Part shown: piece by piece, positions 1 to 9,087 of the stretch
Numbering within the stretch: position 1 is the first letter of the stretch
How the letters are laid out: the number at the start of each line of letters is the position of its first letter
DNA from: Elusimicrobiota bacterium
Lineage (GTDB): Bacteria; Elusimicrobiota; Elusimicrobia; Elusimicrobiales; UBA9959
NCBI GenBank assembly: GCA_037137395.1
Contig: JBAXKK010000030.1
Span: 1 to 26,817, forward strand
Direction: 5' to 3'
Length of the DNA stretch: 26,817 bases
The notes under the pieces: generated by a model
Told to the model about the DNA's origin: nothing
What the model saw: the letters and a program-made list of their open reading frames with translations, nothing else
The model's database searches: none
Position numbers and translations under genes: made by a program

Positions 1-84
1 GTCGAGATGGCGGAACTGGTAGACGCGCATGGCTTAGGACCATGTGGGGTCACTCCCATCGGGGTTCGAGTCCCCGTCTCGACA
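1..84 (+). tRNA. tRNA-Leu (anticodon TAG), long variable arm, CCA not encoded
   Basis: Acceptor stem GTCGAGA(1-7)/TCTCGAC(77-83) with discriminator A84; D-loop TGGTAGAC; anticodon arm CATGG-CTTAGGA-CCATG; T arm CGGGG-TTCGAGT-CCCCG. tRNA-Leu upstream of tig is a common arrangement. Confidence 0.96.
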
Positions 85-113
85 TTTACCTATTATCGCA
101 TCCCGGAGGATTA

Positions 114-1385
114 ATGAACTTAACTCTCAGTTTCGGCGACAAAATCAAAAAAATAAAGCAGGAAGGCTGCGTGCATATCTTCGGCGTTAACGTGGACTCC
201 GACAACCTTAAAGCGGCCACCGAGGCCGCCCTCGTGCGTCTGCAGGCCGTAGTTTCCATCCCCGGATTCCGGACCGGGAAGGTTCCGCTGGCGATGATAA
301 AGGCGCAGTTCCCCTCCATGGTCAAGGACGAAGTCCTGGACATCACGGCCAAGGCCGCCATGCCGGAGATCCTCAAGGCTGACAAAGTTATCCCCGTGGT
401 CACGCCCATAATGCGCAACGTCGCTTACGAGCCGGAGAAAAAACTTTATTTTGAGGTCCAGCTTGAATGTAATCCGCAAGTGGATCCCAAAGGTTATGAG
501 AAGATTGCGGTTACCCGAAAAGCCAAAAAGGTGACGGACGAGGATGTGGTTAAGTACATCGACCAGGTGCGCGAGTATAACGCCTACCTGAAGCCAGTGG
601 AAGACGGAAAACCCGTTGAGAAGACCCATTTTGTAATTGTCAATTACGAGTCTTACGAGAACGGCGTAAAGATAGCCGGCGCCGACGTCAACGGCGAGAT
701 CGTGGATATGTCCAGCCCCCAGACCATTGCCGGTCTGGCCGACAACATCACCGGCGCCAAGAAAGGCGAGACCCGCCAGTTTGATTCTTCTTTCGGCGAG
801 AAAAAAATGAGCTTTAAGGTAACGGTGGCGGAGATAAAAGAGAAAGTAGTTCCCGCGATGGATGAAAGTTTTCTGAAAGAAGCTGGCGTTAAAACCGTGG
901 AGGAGCTGCGCGACCATGTGCGCAAAATGCTGGAGCGCGGCGAGGCTGAAAAGACCGAGAAAGACGTCATTACTCAGATCGAAGACGTACTTATAAAATC
1001 CAATCCCATGCAGCTGCCTCCCACGCTGGTCCGGGAAGAGGCCCGCGAGCTTTTTGAGATCATGAAAAAAAGGGTCTCCCCCGACGAAGAGATGAAAGAG
1101 GACGCTTATATGGCGCGGCTAAAGCCCGTGGCCGAGCGCAACCTGAGCCTCACCTACCTCCTGCACAATATCGCCAAGAAAGAGTCCATCACGGCCACTG
1201 AGGCTGAGCTTAACGCCGAACTGGATAAGGTCGTGGCCCGGCTTAACACCGAGGAAGAGAAAAAGAAAGCCCGGGAGCTTTTTGAGAACCGTAAAGATTA
1301 TATTATGTCCTCCATCGTGGAGAACAAAACCATGGATCTGGTTAAGTCCAAAGCTGTAATTAAGGAAGAAGTAGTTAAGGATTAA
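114..1385 (+). CDS. tig: Trigger factor
   Basis: Ribosome-binding signature PGFRTGKVP; ~423 aa; upstream of clpP; GGAGGA SD precedes ATG 114. The ORF-track start at 42 lies inside the tRNA. Confidence 0.93.
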   Translation: MNLTLSFGDKIKKIKQEGCVHIFGVNVDSDNLKAATEAALVRLQAVVSIPGFRTGKVPLAMIKAQFPSMVKDEVLDITAKAAMPEILKADKVIPVVTPIMRNVAYEPEKKLYFEVQLECNPQVDPKGYEKIAVTRKAKKVTDEDVVKYIDQVREYNAYLKPVEDGKPVEKTHFVIVNYESYENGVKIAGADVNGEIVDMSSPQTIAGLADNITGAKKGETRQFDSSFGEKKMSFKVTVAEIKEKVVPAMDESFLKEAGVKTVEELRDHVRKMLERGEAEKTEKDVITQIEDVLIKSNPMQLPPTLVREEARELFEIMKKRVSPDEEMKEDAYMARLKPVAERNLSLTYLLHNIAKKESITATEAELNAELDKVVARLNTEEEKKKARELFENRKDYIMSSIVENKTMDLVKSKAVIKEEVVKD

Positions 1386-1448
1386 GGATTAAGGATTAAG
1401 GATTAAGGATTAAGGATGCACTTACTTCTTACCGCTTAATCCTTACCA
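1375..1448. repeat. Heptamer tandem repeat (TTAAGGA)x6 followed by an inverted degenerate tract (CTTANNN)x4
   Basis: Six perfect TTAAGGA units at 1375-1416 (containing the tig stop), TGCA centre, then CTTACTT CTTACCG CTTAATC CTTACCA at 1421-1448. Confidence 0.9.
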
Positions 1449-1466
1449 CTATTCAGGAGGATCTTT

Positions 1467-2072
1467 ATGATAATACCTACAATTATTGAAAAATGGAATC
1501 AGGGCGCGATGGTCGGTTACGACATCTACTCCCGGCTTCTGAAAGACAGGATAATCTTTATCGGTGACCCTGAGGGTGCGGTCTCCACCGCCTCAGCCAA
1601 CACTGTTATCGCGCAGCTGTTGTACCTTGACGCTGAGGATAACGATAAGGACATAAACCTCTATATTAATTCCCCCGGCGGCATGGTTACGGCCGGCCTG
1701 GCGGTTTACGATACGATGCAGTTCATTAAAGCCCCCATCTCAACCATCTGCATGGGTATGGCCATGAGCTTCGGCGCTGTTCTGCTGGCGGCCGGTTCCA
1801 AGGGCAAGCGCTACGCCCTGCCTAACGCCCGCATCATGATCCACCAGCCTCTGATCTGGGGCGGCGGCATATCGGGCCAGGCTACAGATATCGAAATCGA
1901 GAGCAAGGAAATGCAGGAAAATAAGACGCGTCTTATTGATATTCTGGCCAAGCATTGCGACAAGACTTCGGATAAGGTCCGGGCGGACATGGAAAGGAAT
2001 TATTACATGTCGGCTGAGCAGGCCAAGGCTTACGGCCTTATTGACGGCGTGCTTGATTTTAAAAAGAAATAA
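1467..2072 (+). CDS. clpP: ATP-dependent Clp protease proteolytic subunit (Ser-His-Asn triad variant)
   Basis: [28 protein letters not shown] (S101), IMIHQP (H126), [26 protein letters not shown]. Confidence 0.96.
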   Translation: MIIPTIIEKWNQGAMVGYDIYSRLLKDRIIFIGDPEGAVSTASANTVIAQLLYLDAEDNDKDINLYINSPGGMVTAGLAVYDTMQFIKAPISTICMGMAMSFGAVLLAAGSKGKRYALPNARIMIHQPLIWGGGISGQATDIEIESKEMQENKTRLIDILAKHCDKTSDKVRADMERNYYMSAEQAKAYGLIDGVLDFKKK

Positions 2073-2216
2073 TACCGCTTAAGCGGACAGGGCGATACAA
2101 AAAGCGAATAGCGAAGTCGTGAATAGTAAAATAGGGAATAATTTTATTTCCACTGCTACACCTGTTCGCCAGTTCGCGCCGGCGGCCTTAACAACCTGCT
2201 ATTAATGGAGTTTTAA

Positions 2217-4598
2217 ATGGAAGCTTCCTCAACATCTTCAGTGAACTACCCCAACATTCTTCCCGCTATAGCGATACGGGACGTGGTTCTTTTTCCCCAC
2301 ATGGCGCTGCCCCTTTCTGTGGATAGACCCAAATCCGTGGCCGCCATCGAGAACGCGCTCATAGCCGGCAAGTTCATGCTGGCCCTGGCCCAGAGAAAAT
2401 CCACGGTCAACGATCCCGCGCCCGGAGAACTTTACGCGTACGGAGTGGTGGCTACGGTCGCGCAGTCCCTTAAGATGCCGGACGGCACCATGAGGGTGTT
2501 TCTTGAGGGACGCCGGAGAGCCAGGGTTATAAAGCTGGAGTTGGACAAAGAAAAATCATGTCTTATGGCCGAAGTTGAATATGTTGACGAAGCGGCGGAA
2601 AAAACTCCGGAGATCATCGCCCTGATGCGCCACGCTGTGGAAGTTTTTGATGAGTATGTGAAGCTCGGCACGCGCATTACTCTGGATTCGGTGTCCCTGC
2701 TGTCCCAACTGGAAGACCCCTCAAAGCTTGCAGACACCATCGCGGCCAATTCCATATTCAACATTCCCGACCGCCAGGATATTCTAGAGACCGCCGATCC
2801 CCGTGAGCGTCTGGAAAAGATCATTAAACTTCTGGCGAAGGAAATAGAGATTCTGGATCTGGAGCACAAGATCCATAATCGGGTGAAGGGTCAGATAGAA
2901 AAATCCCAGAAAGAATATTACCTTAACGAGCAGATGAGAGCCATACAGAAGGAGCTTCATCAGAAGGATGATTTTTCTAAAGAGCTGGATGATTTAAAAA
3001 AGAAGATCAAGGCCGCCAAGATGCCTAAAGAGGCGGAAGCGGCTGCCGAAAAGGAGTTGGCGCGCCTGTCCAGGATGACCCCCTTTTCCCCCGAGACCAC
3101 GGTGTCGCGCACCTATCTTGACTGGCTGATTAACCTACCCTGGACAGTGGAGACCAAGGATGTTATAGATCTGGAGAAAGCGCGTAAATATTTGGAAGAG
3201 GATCACTTCGGCCTTAAGAAGCCCAAAGAGCGCGTGATAGAGTATCTGGCGGTCTGCAAGCTTACCGAGCAGCTTAAGGGTCCCATTCTTTGTTTTGTCG
3301 GCCCCCCGGGCGTGGGCAAGACTTCCATCGCCCGCTCCATCGCCAGGGCAATGGGCCGCAATTTCGTGCGGATGTCGCTCGGCGGCGTGCGCGACGAAGC
3401 TGAGATCCGGGGGCACAGGCGCACTTACGTGGCATCCATGCCCGGGCGGATAATCCAGAGCATAAAGAAAGCCAAAAGCCGCAACCCCGTCTTCCTCATG
3501 GATGAGATAGATAAGATGGGCTCCGACTGGCGCGGCGACCCCTCGGCGGCACTGCTGGAAGTCATGGACCCGGAGCAGAATACCGAGTTCGTGGATCATT
3601 TTCTGGACGTGCCCTTCGATATTTCCAAGGTTATGTTCATCGCCACAGCCAATACCTTGTGGGGTATTCCGGTCAGTCTGCGGGACAGGATGGAGATAAT
3701 AGAATTCACCGGCTACACTCATAACGAAAAAATAGCGATAGCTAAAAAGTTCCTCATACCCAAGAAGCTCAAGGAGCACGGACTTAAAGCCAATTCGGTA
3801 AAGATAGATGACGCCGCCATTGACTCCGCCATTCGGGGCTACACGCGCGAGGCCGGCGTAAGAAACCTGGACCGGGAGATCGCTACGCTTTCCCGCCGGG
3901 CCGCCACGCTGATAGTTGAAAAAGGGCTTAAAGAGGTCAAAGTGACCGCAGAAAATCTACAGGAATATTTGGGAATTCCAAAATTCGTGCGCGAAGAGAA
4001 CGCGGCGAACGGCGTCGGACTGGCCACCGGCCTGGCGTGGACCGAGAACGGCGGCGAGGTTCTGGCCGTGGAGGTCGTGGCCGTACCCGGCAAGGGAAAT
4101 CTGATCCTGACCGGCAAGCTCGGCGACGTGATGAAAGAATCGGCGCAGGCCGCTTTTTCCTATATCAAGTCCAGAGAGCTATCTCCTAACTCCTATATCC
4201 AGTCCCATAATTTCCACATCCATATCCCCGAAGGCGCCATCCCCAAGGACGGCCCCTCGGCCGGCATAACGCTGGCTTCGGCCCTGGCCAGTATCCTGAC
4301 CGGCAGACCGGTTAAGAAGGGCTTATCCATGACCGGCGAGGTAACGCTGACCGGCCGGGTGCTCGCCATCGGCGGGCTTAAGGAAAAAATTATCGCCTCT
4401 TTCAGGGATGATATTACCACGGTGCTGTTTCCTAAGGCCAACCTGAAGGAGCTGGAAGAGATACCGGTTGAGATTAAAAACCAGATGATCCTGCTGCCCG
4501 TGGCCTCCATGGACGAGGTTCTCGAGCTGGCGCTGGAAAAAAAAGCGTCCCCGAGGAGCGGTGTCCGCGGGAAGAAAAAAAAGACAATTGCGAAATAG
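2217..4598 (+). CDS. lon: Lon protease (endopeptidase La)
   Basis: LON N domain, Walker A GPPGVGKT, Walker B FLMDEIDK, PKDGPSAG catalytic Ser, IGGLKEK Lys. Confidence 0.97.
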   Translation: MEASSTSSVNYPNILPAIAIRDVVLFPHMALPLSVDRPKSVAAIENALIAGKFMLALAQRKSTVNDPAPGELYAYGVVATVAQSLKMPDGTMRVFLEGRRRARVIKLELDKEKSCLMAEVEYVDEAAEKTPEIIALMRHAVEVFDEYVKLGTRITLDSVSLLSQLEDPSKLADTIAANSIFNIPDRQDILETADPRERLEKIIKLLAKEIEILDLEHKIHNRVKGQIEKSQKEYYLNEQMRAIQKELHQKDDFSKELDDLKKKIKAAKMPKEAEAAAEKELARLSRMTPFSPETTVSRTYLDWLINLPWTVETKDVIDLEKARKYLEEDHFGLKKPKERVIEYLAVCKLTEQLKGPILCFVGPPGVGKTSIARSIARAMGRNFVRMSLGGVRDEAEIRGHRRTYVASMPGRIIQSIKKAKSRNPVFLMDEIDKMGSDWRGDPSAALLEVMDPEQNTEFVDHFLDVPFDISKVMFIATANTLWGIPVSLRDRMEIIEFTGYTHNEKIAIAKKFLIPKKLKEHGLKANSVKIDDAAIDSAIRGYTREAGVRNLDREIATLSRRAATLIVEKGLKEVKVTAENLQEYLGIPKFVREENAANGVGLATGLAWTENGGEVLAVEVVAVPGKGNLILTGKLGDVMKESAQAAFSYIKSRELSPNSYIQSHNFHIHIPEGAIPKDGPSAGITLASALASILTGRPVKKGLSMTGEVTLTGRVLAIGGLKEKIIASFRDDITTVLFPKANLKELEEIPVEIKNQMILLPVASMDEVLELALEKKASPRSGVRGKKKKTIAK

Positions 4599-4607
4599 GG
4601 AGCACAA

Positions 4608-6392
4608 ATGGGCTTACGCATAGTTCTCGGCACACTGCTGATGGCGGCCGCTTTTTCGTCCACCCCCCCCGCTTCCGCCTACGAAGAAACCCTTACCACT
4701 CAGGAAATAGAAGGCGCGTTGGAGAATACCAAGCTCAATGAAATATTTGAACAGTATCTCGCCACAGTGCAGATGTACGACCCGGAGCGCGCCACCCGTA
4801 TGGGCCTTCACGGGGCCGATTCAGTATTAACCCAGCGCAATCAGGAGCGCGTAGATAAAGAACTGAACGCGTTTAAAAATCTGCGTGCCAAACTTCACGA
4901 GATAAAAAAAGATCCCATGTATGCGGCCCTGCAGGTCGACTATGACGTAATGGACCACATATTGGAAGTGGATATATATGAGATGGAGCATCTTGACCTA
5001 CTGAAGCACAGGCCGCAGTATTACCTTGAACCGCTTTTGTCCGTTTATCAGATCCTCTCCAAGGACTTTGACGAATACAGCACGCGTGCCGCCAACGCCC
5101 TCTCGCGCTTAGCGCATTATCCTCAGATACTGGATCAGGCCGAGCGCAACCTCGCGCATCCTCCGAAGATCTGGGTTGAACAGGCTTTAAAGCAGACCGA
5201 CGACGCGATTAACGGCATTCCGGATTTTATTACGCTGTTCCGGGGGTATACCCGCTACGATCCCGTCCTTAAGACTCAGGTTGACGAGGCCATGGATAAG
5301 GTCAAAACCGCGTTGATCCGCTACCGCGATTTTCTCAGGAACGACATCCTTCCCAACTCCGACGGGGAATTTGTTTCCGGCGGCTACACTTACGGGTTTT
5401 ATTTGGAGCGCTGGCATGGTCTTGACATCGCTCCCGGCGCGGCGCTGAAATACGCGAAAAAAAGCTATAAAGCGGCGCTTAATGATCTTGATCAGGAGGC
5501 TCTGAGCATCGACGCTATGGTGGCGAAGGAGCAGGGTTGGAAAGGGGTTTTAGGCAAGCTCCCGCGTGAACACCCGCCGCTGAACGACATTCTTAAGGTG
5601 TTTCAGGAAGAGATGGACCGGGCCTATCAGCATTTTGACGAATATAAAATCGTGGAGTTCCCGAAGCAGCGCCTGCTTATCAAAAAGATGCCGTCGTTTA
5701 TGACCGGGGCGTTTCCTTACGCCTATTACTCCGAGCCCTTCACGCTGGATGATGCCAGAGGTTCGGAATTATACATCACTCTGCCTTCTGTAAAAACGCC
5801 GGCTGATATCAGGGAAAAGATACTGGCTTCAGGCTTTAATTACGCGCAGATAGAGCTGCTGACCGCCTTTGATATTATGCCGGGAATGCACCTGCGCAGC
5901 TACGCCGCCGACGCAAACCGCTCAAGGATACGAAAAATATCCAGTCAGCCCATGGTCACCAACGGCTGGGCCTGTTACGCCGAGCTTCTGGCCGAGGAGA
6001 TGGGGTATTATTCCTCCTATTGGTCCAGGTTCCTGCGGATCTACGTGTTCGCGCTCCGTTCAGGACGGGCCTATGTTGATGTCAGCCTTCACACCGGGAA
6101 AATGTCTTATGACGAAGCGGTGAAGTTTTTTCAGGATAATTTACATATGTCCAAAGGCCAGGCCCATAGCGAAGTGCTCAGAATATCGCTGGCCCCCACG
6201 GAAAGCCTGAGCTATATCCTGGGCATGGATAAAATACTGGAGATGCGCAAGTATTATAAGCGCACCGAAGAAAAATATTTCGATCTTAGGCAGTTTCATA
6301 CGTCTTTCCTGCGACAGGGTAAGATCCCGATGGCTGATATCGATGCGGAGCTGCGACGGCTTAAGAAAGAATCTCAGAAGGTGGTGCAGTGA
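4608..6392 (+). CDS. Exported DUF885-family protein with degenerate conserved motifs
   Basis: Signal peptide (…PPASA); 594 aa; C-terminal motifs PGMHL, NGWACYAE, DVSLHTGKMSYDEA, SYILG, FDLRQFH resemble DUF885 proteins. Confidence 0.75.
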   Translation: MGLRIVLGTLLMAAAFSSTPPASAYEETLTTQEIEGALENTKLNEIFEQYLATVQMYDPERATRMGLHGADSVLTQRNQERVDKELNAFKNLRAKLHEIKKDPMYAALQVDYDVMDHILEVDIYEMEHLDLLKHRPQYYLEPLLSVYQILSKDFDEYSTRAANALSRLAHYPQILDQAERNLAHPPKIWVEQALKQTDDAINGIPDFITLFRGYTRYDPVLKTQVDEAMDKVKTALIRYRDFLRNDILPNSDGEFVSGGYTYGFYLERWHGLDIAPGAALKYAKKSYKAALNDLDQEALSIDAMVAKEQGWKGVLGKLPREHPPLNDILKVFQEEMDRAYQHFDEYKIVEFPKQRLLIKKMPSFMTGAFPYAYYSEPFTLDDARGSELYITLPSVKTPADIREKILASGFNYAQIELLTAFDIMPGMHLRSYAADANRSRIRKISSQPMVTNGWACYAELLAEEMGYYSSYWSRFLRIYVFALRSGRAYVDVSLHTGKMSYDEAVKFFQDNLHMSKGQAHSEVLRISLAPTESLSYILGMDKILEMRKYYKRTEEKYFDLRQFHTSFLRQGKIPMADIDAELRRLKKESQKVVQ

Positions 6393-7138
6393 TGTCTGGT
6401 TTGCGTGAAAACATAGTTTCGTTTTCCGGGGTTACCAAGGTTTATCGGCGGCCCGGACTATTCAGGAAGATTTCTGTTCCGGCGCTGGACGGGCTAAATC
6501 TGGAGTTGAAACGCGGCGAGATCGCCGGGCTGCTGGGCCTTAACGGTGCCGGCAAGACCACCATCATGAAACTCATGACCGGCCTCCTGTTTCCTGACGC
6601 CGGGAACGTTTCCGTTTTCGGCCTTCCCCCCTCCGACGTAGAATCTAAAAAACGCATAGGATTCCTGCCCGAACTGCCCTATTTCTATCCTTACTCCACT
6701 GCGGCCGAGGCGCTGATGTATTACGCCGGACTTTCCGGGTTGAAAGGCCCGGCGGCCCGCGCCCGCGTTGAGGCTGTCATAGAGAAAGTGGGCCTTAAGC
6801 CCCACGCCTCCAAAAAAGCCGCCGAATTTTCAAAGGGAATGATGCAGCGGCTGGGTGTCGCGCAGGCGATAGTTCACGATCCGGAACTGCTTATCTTGGA
6901 CGAGCCGGTTAGCGGGCTTGATCCGCTAGCGATACATGAGATCCGGGATCTCATTTCCCAGCTTAACGGGGAAGGGAAGACTGTTTTCCTTTCCTCCCAT
7001 AGTATATCGGAACTGGAAAAGATAACCGACCGGGTCTTTATCCTGGTGCGGGGGCGCCTGGCTAAGACTGTCGCGCGGGCCGAATGGGAAAACACGCAGG
7101 GAGGGCTGGAAGAGATTTTTGTCCGGACTGTAAGATGA
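6392..7138 (+). CDS. ABC-2 type transporter ATP-binding protein (PilH/XapD-like)
   Basis: Walker A GLNGAGKTT, signature FSKGMMQR, Walker B LILDEP, SSH loop; start overlaps the upstream stop (GTG 6389 or ATG 6392). Confidence 0.9.
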   Translation: MSGLRENIVSFSGVTKVYRRPGLFRKISVPALDGLNLELKRGEIAGLLGLNGAGKTTIMKLMTGLLFPDAGNVSVFGLPPSDVESKKRIGFLPELPYFYPYSTAAEALMYYAGLSGLKGPAARARVEAVIEKVGLKPHASKKAAEFSKGMMQRLGVAQAIVHDPELLILDEPVSGLDPLAIHEIRDLISQLNGEGKTVFLSSHSISELEKITDRVFILVRGRLAKTVARAEWENTQGGLEEIFVRTVR

Positions 7139-7902
7139 AATATTTATATACCGCGTGGAGCATCGCCCGCCATTCTCTCCGTGAAAATTACAAGAACCGA
7201 TTCTTCGGCCTTTTTGTCGTCTTCGCGGGCGTCCTGATTTACGCCTCTCTGCTGGCCGGTGTAATGGCGGTGGACGAGGAAGCCAGGGTGATCACAGATC
7301 TCGGTCTGGCCCTCATGGAACTTATAACGCTGGTTTACGCGCTTCTGGCCGCGGCTGCGGCCATAACTAACGAGATCAGGACCAAGACCATCTACCTGGT
7401 CTTTTCCAGGCCCGTCCCGCGACCCGCCTACCTGGCCGGCAAGGCCGCCGGTCTTTACGCGGCTTTCGCGCTTATGTTGGGCGTGATGGCGCTCATACAC
7501 CTGAGCCTGCTGTATTTTAGAGGCTTCGTCCTTCCGCCGCTCTACCTTACGGCAGTTTTCTTTATCTGGTGCAAGCTGCTCATTATCACCTCTTCTGCCT
7601 TGTTCGTTTCGCTGTTTGCCACTTCAAATGTTTCCACCGTTGCCATCACTGGAATCCTCTGGACCCTGGGACATTTCACCTCCGAGGCAAAATTCCTGAT
7701 AACCAAATCTTCAGGTGCGGCGGCGCTGATTCTTAAGGCGGTTGCCTACTTTATTCCTAACTTTCAACTTTTTAATGCGCGCGATCTTGGCGCTGCGGCG
7801 CCTCCCGCGGCCTCCCCCGGTTTCCTTGCGGGGTACCTGCTGCTCTGGCTGGTTGTCCCGTATCTGTTTTCACTTTTACTGTTCCGAAAAAAAGAATTTT
7901 AA
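7135..7902 (+). CDS. ABC-2 type permease (PilI/XapB-like)
   Basis: ~6 hydrophobic segments, EIRTKTIYLVFSRPVPR..YLAGK motif, C-terminal FRKKEF; ATGA overlap with the ATPase gene. Confidence 0.85.
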   Translation: MKYLYTAWSIARHSLRENYKNRFFGLFVVFAGVLIYASLLAGVMAVDEEARVITDLGLALMELITLVYALLAAAAAITNEIRTKTIYLVFSRPVPRPAYLAGKAAGLYAAFALMLGVMALIHLSLLYFRGFVLPPLYLTAVFFIWCKLLIITSSALFVSLFATSNVSTVAITGILWTLGHFTSEAKFLITKSSGAAALILKAVAYFIPNFQLFNARDLGAAAPPAASPGFLAGYLLLWLVVPYLFSLLLFRKKEF

Positions 7903-7918
7903 GGAGGGTTGAGCCTCA

Positions 7919-8632
7919 ATGAAACGGACCCTGTATTTAGTCCTACCGTTCGCGGCCGCTCTGGCATTGGCCGGACCATGGGCCTTTCTGACTTACGCTC
8001 GCCCGTTTCCGCAGGCCGATAAAATAGGAGCAGTAAGGCAAAGCGCCGTTGAGGACGCAGTGGCTTTGGCCCTGGGTGTCAGACGACTGGCGGCGGACCT
8101 GTGGTTTATACGGCTGATGCAGTATTATGGAACCCCGGAGCTGCTGGAAGGAGAGGTTGAAGAAGAAGCTCGTGAGCGGGGTGAGAACGGAACCGGTAAA
8201 TATCCGGATTTTCTGCCAGTTGCCCGACACATTCTGGCGCTTGACCCGTATTTTACCAATGCCGGTCTCTACGCCGCCGGTTCACTGGCCTTTAATATGG
8301 CCCGGCCGGAAGAAGCGGTCAGCCTGCTGAACGGCGCGCTGATATACCGTCCGAAAGAATGGAAGTATGTTGCGCTGCTGGCCGCTATAGGCTACAGCAA
8401 GGCTAAGGATCCCGCGAAAGTGTCCGAGCTGATAAAGCCTTTGATTATGGAACCTGATTGCCCTGTTATGATACGCCAATTAGCGGCGTTCCTGAATAAA
8501 AAGATGGGTAACTACAGCGACGCGTATAAGATATATAAAACCATCCTTGAAACCACCAAGGACCGGTTTTATATTGATAACGCCGGGAAGGAAATGGCGA
8601 AGCTGGAAAAAATGAAGGGTTTTCGGTACTGA
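7919..8632 (+). CDS. Membrane-anchored TPR-like protein (PilG/XapA-like)
   Basis: N-terminal hydrophobic helix; LAADLWFIRLMQYYG and LALDPYF segments resemble PilG/XapA-like proteins as recalled; helical C-terminus; GGAGG SD. Confidence 0.65.
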   Translation: MKRTLYLVLPFAAALALAGPWAFLTYARPFPQADKIGAVRQSAVEDAVALALGVRRLAADLWFIRLMQYYGTPELLEGEVEEEARERGENGTGKYPDFLPVARHILALDPYFTNAGLYAAGSLAFNMARPEEAVSLLNGALIYRPKEWKYVALLAAIGYSKAKDPAKVSELIKPLIMEPDCPVMIRQLAAFLNKKMGNYSDAYKIYKTILETTKDRFYIDNAGKEMAKLEKMKGFRY

Positions 8633-8658
8633 AATTTATAGATCCCACACCGCTTACC

Positions 8659-9051
8659 TCAGAACCAGCTCCAATAGCGTCCCTTTTCATCGGCGTGGGA
8701 GCAATCGATGAAGACCGTGCCGTAATCGGCGTTTTTCGGATCGTTTACGTAAGCCCAGCCGCCTGTATCTCTTACTTCCGTGCCGGATGCGTTCCTCACT
8801 TTTGAGGAGGACTTGTGCGTCCTGAGTTTTAATTGCGGCGCTTCTTCCAGGTTCCCGCTTTTTATCATTTCTTCTATGTCATGGGGCGGGCGGCCGTTTG
8901 ACATGCGGAAAAGGCCGACGGCTATGCGCATTCCTGAAAGCTTGCGTATCACGTGGGCCGAGCTCATGGAATAGTTCATGTAGCAGAAGATCCCAGCCGC
9001 CGCTAGGACTAGCGCCGCGATACCGGAAATCAGGATGATCCTCTTGCCCAT
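8659..9051 (-). CDS. Type IV pilin/pseudopilin-like protein lacking a class III signal peptide
   Basis: N-terminal TM helix, then LSGMRIAVGLFRMSNGRPP (GspG-like helix) and a DTGGWAY…GTVFIDCSHADEKGRYW C-terminus; no G|FTLxE motif. Confidence 0.6.
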   Translation of the reverse strand: MGKRIILISGIAALVLAAAGIFCYMNYSMSSAHVIRKLSGMRIAVGLFRMSNGRPPHDIEEMIKSGNLEEAPQLKLRTHKSSSKVRNASGTEVRDTGGWAYVNDPKNADYGTVFIDCSHADEKGRYWSWF

Positions 9052-9058
9052 AGCCTAG

Positions 9059-9087
9059 ATGATATAAATTGTTTGAAAGTTATTCAA
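9059..9087 (-). promoter_or_regulatory. Putative sigma70 promoter for the pilin-like gene (likely leaderless)
   Basis: Minus strand TTGAAT-N17-TATCAT, 7 nt upstream of the ATG at 9051. Confidence 0.45.

Noticed and set aside
42..113. N-terminal extension of tig in the ORF track
   Set aside because: It overlaps the tRNA-Leu; the SD supports ATG 114.
1375..1416. CRISPR array or DGR repeat
   Set aside because: These are contiguous 7-mers without unique spacers, and no cas or reverse transcriptase gene is in the window. The same applies to the GCCATAR tracts.
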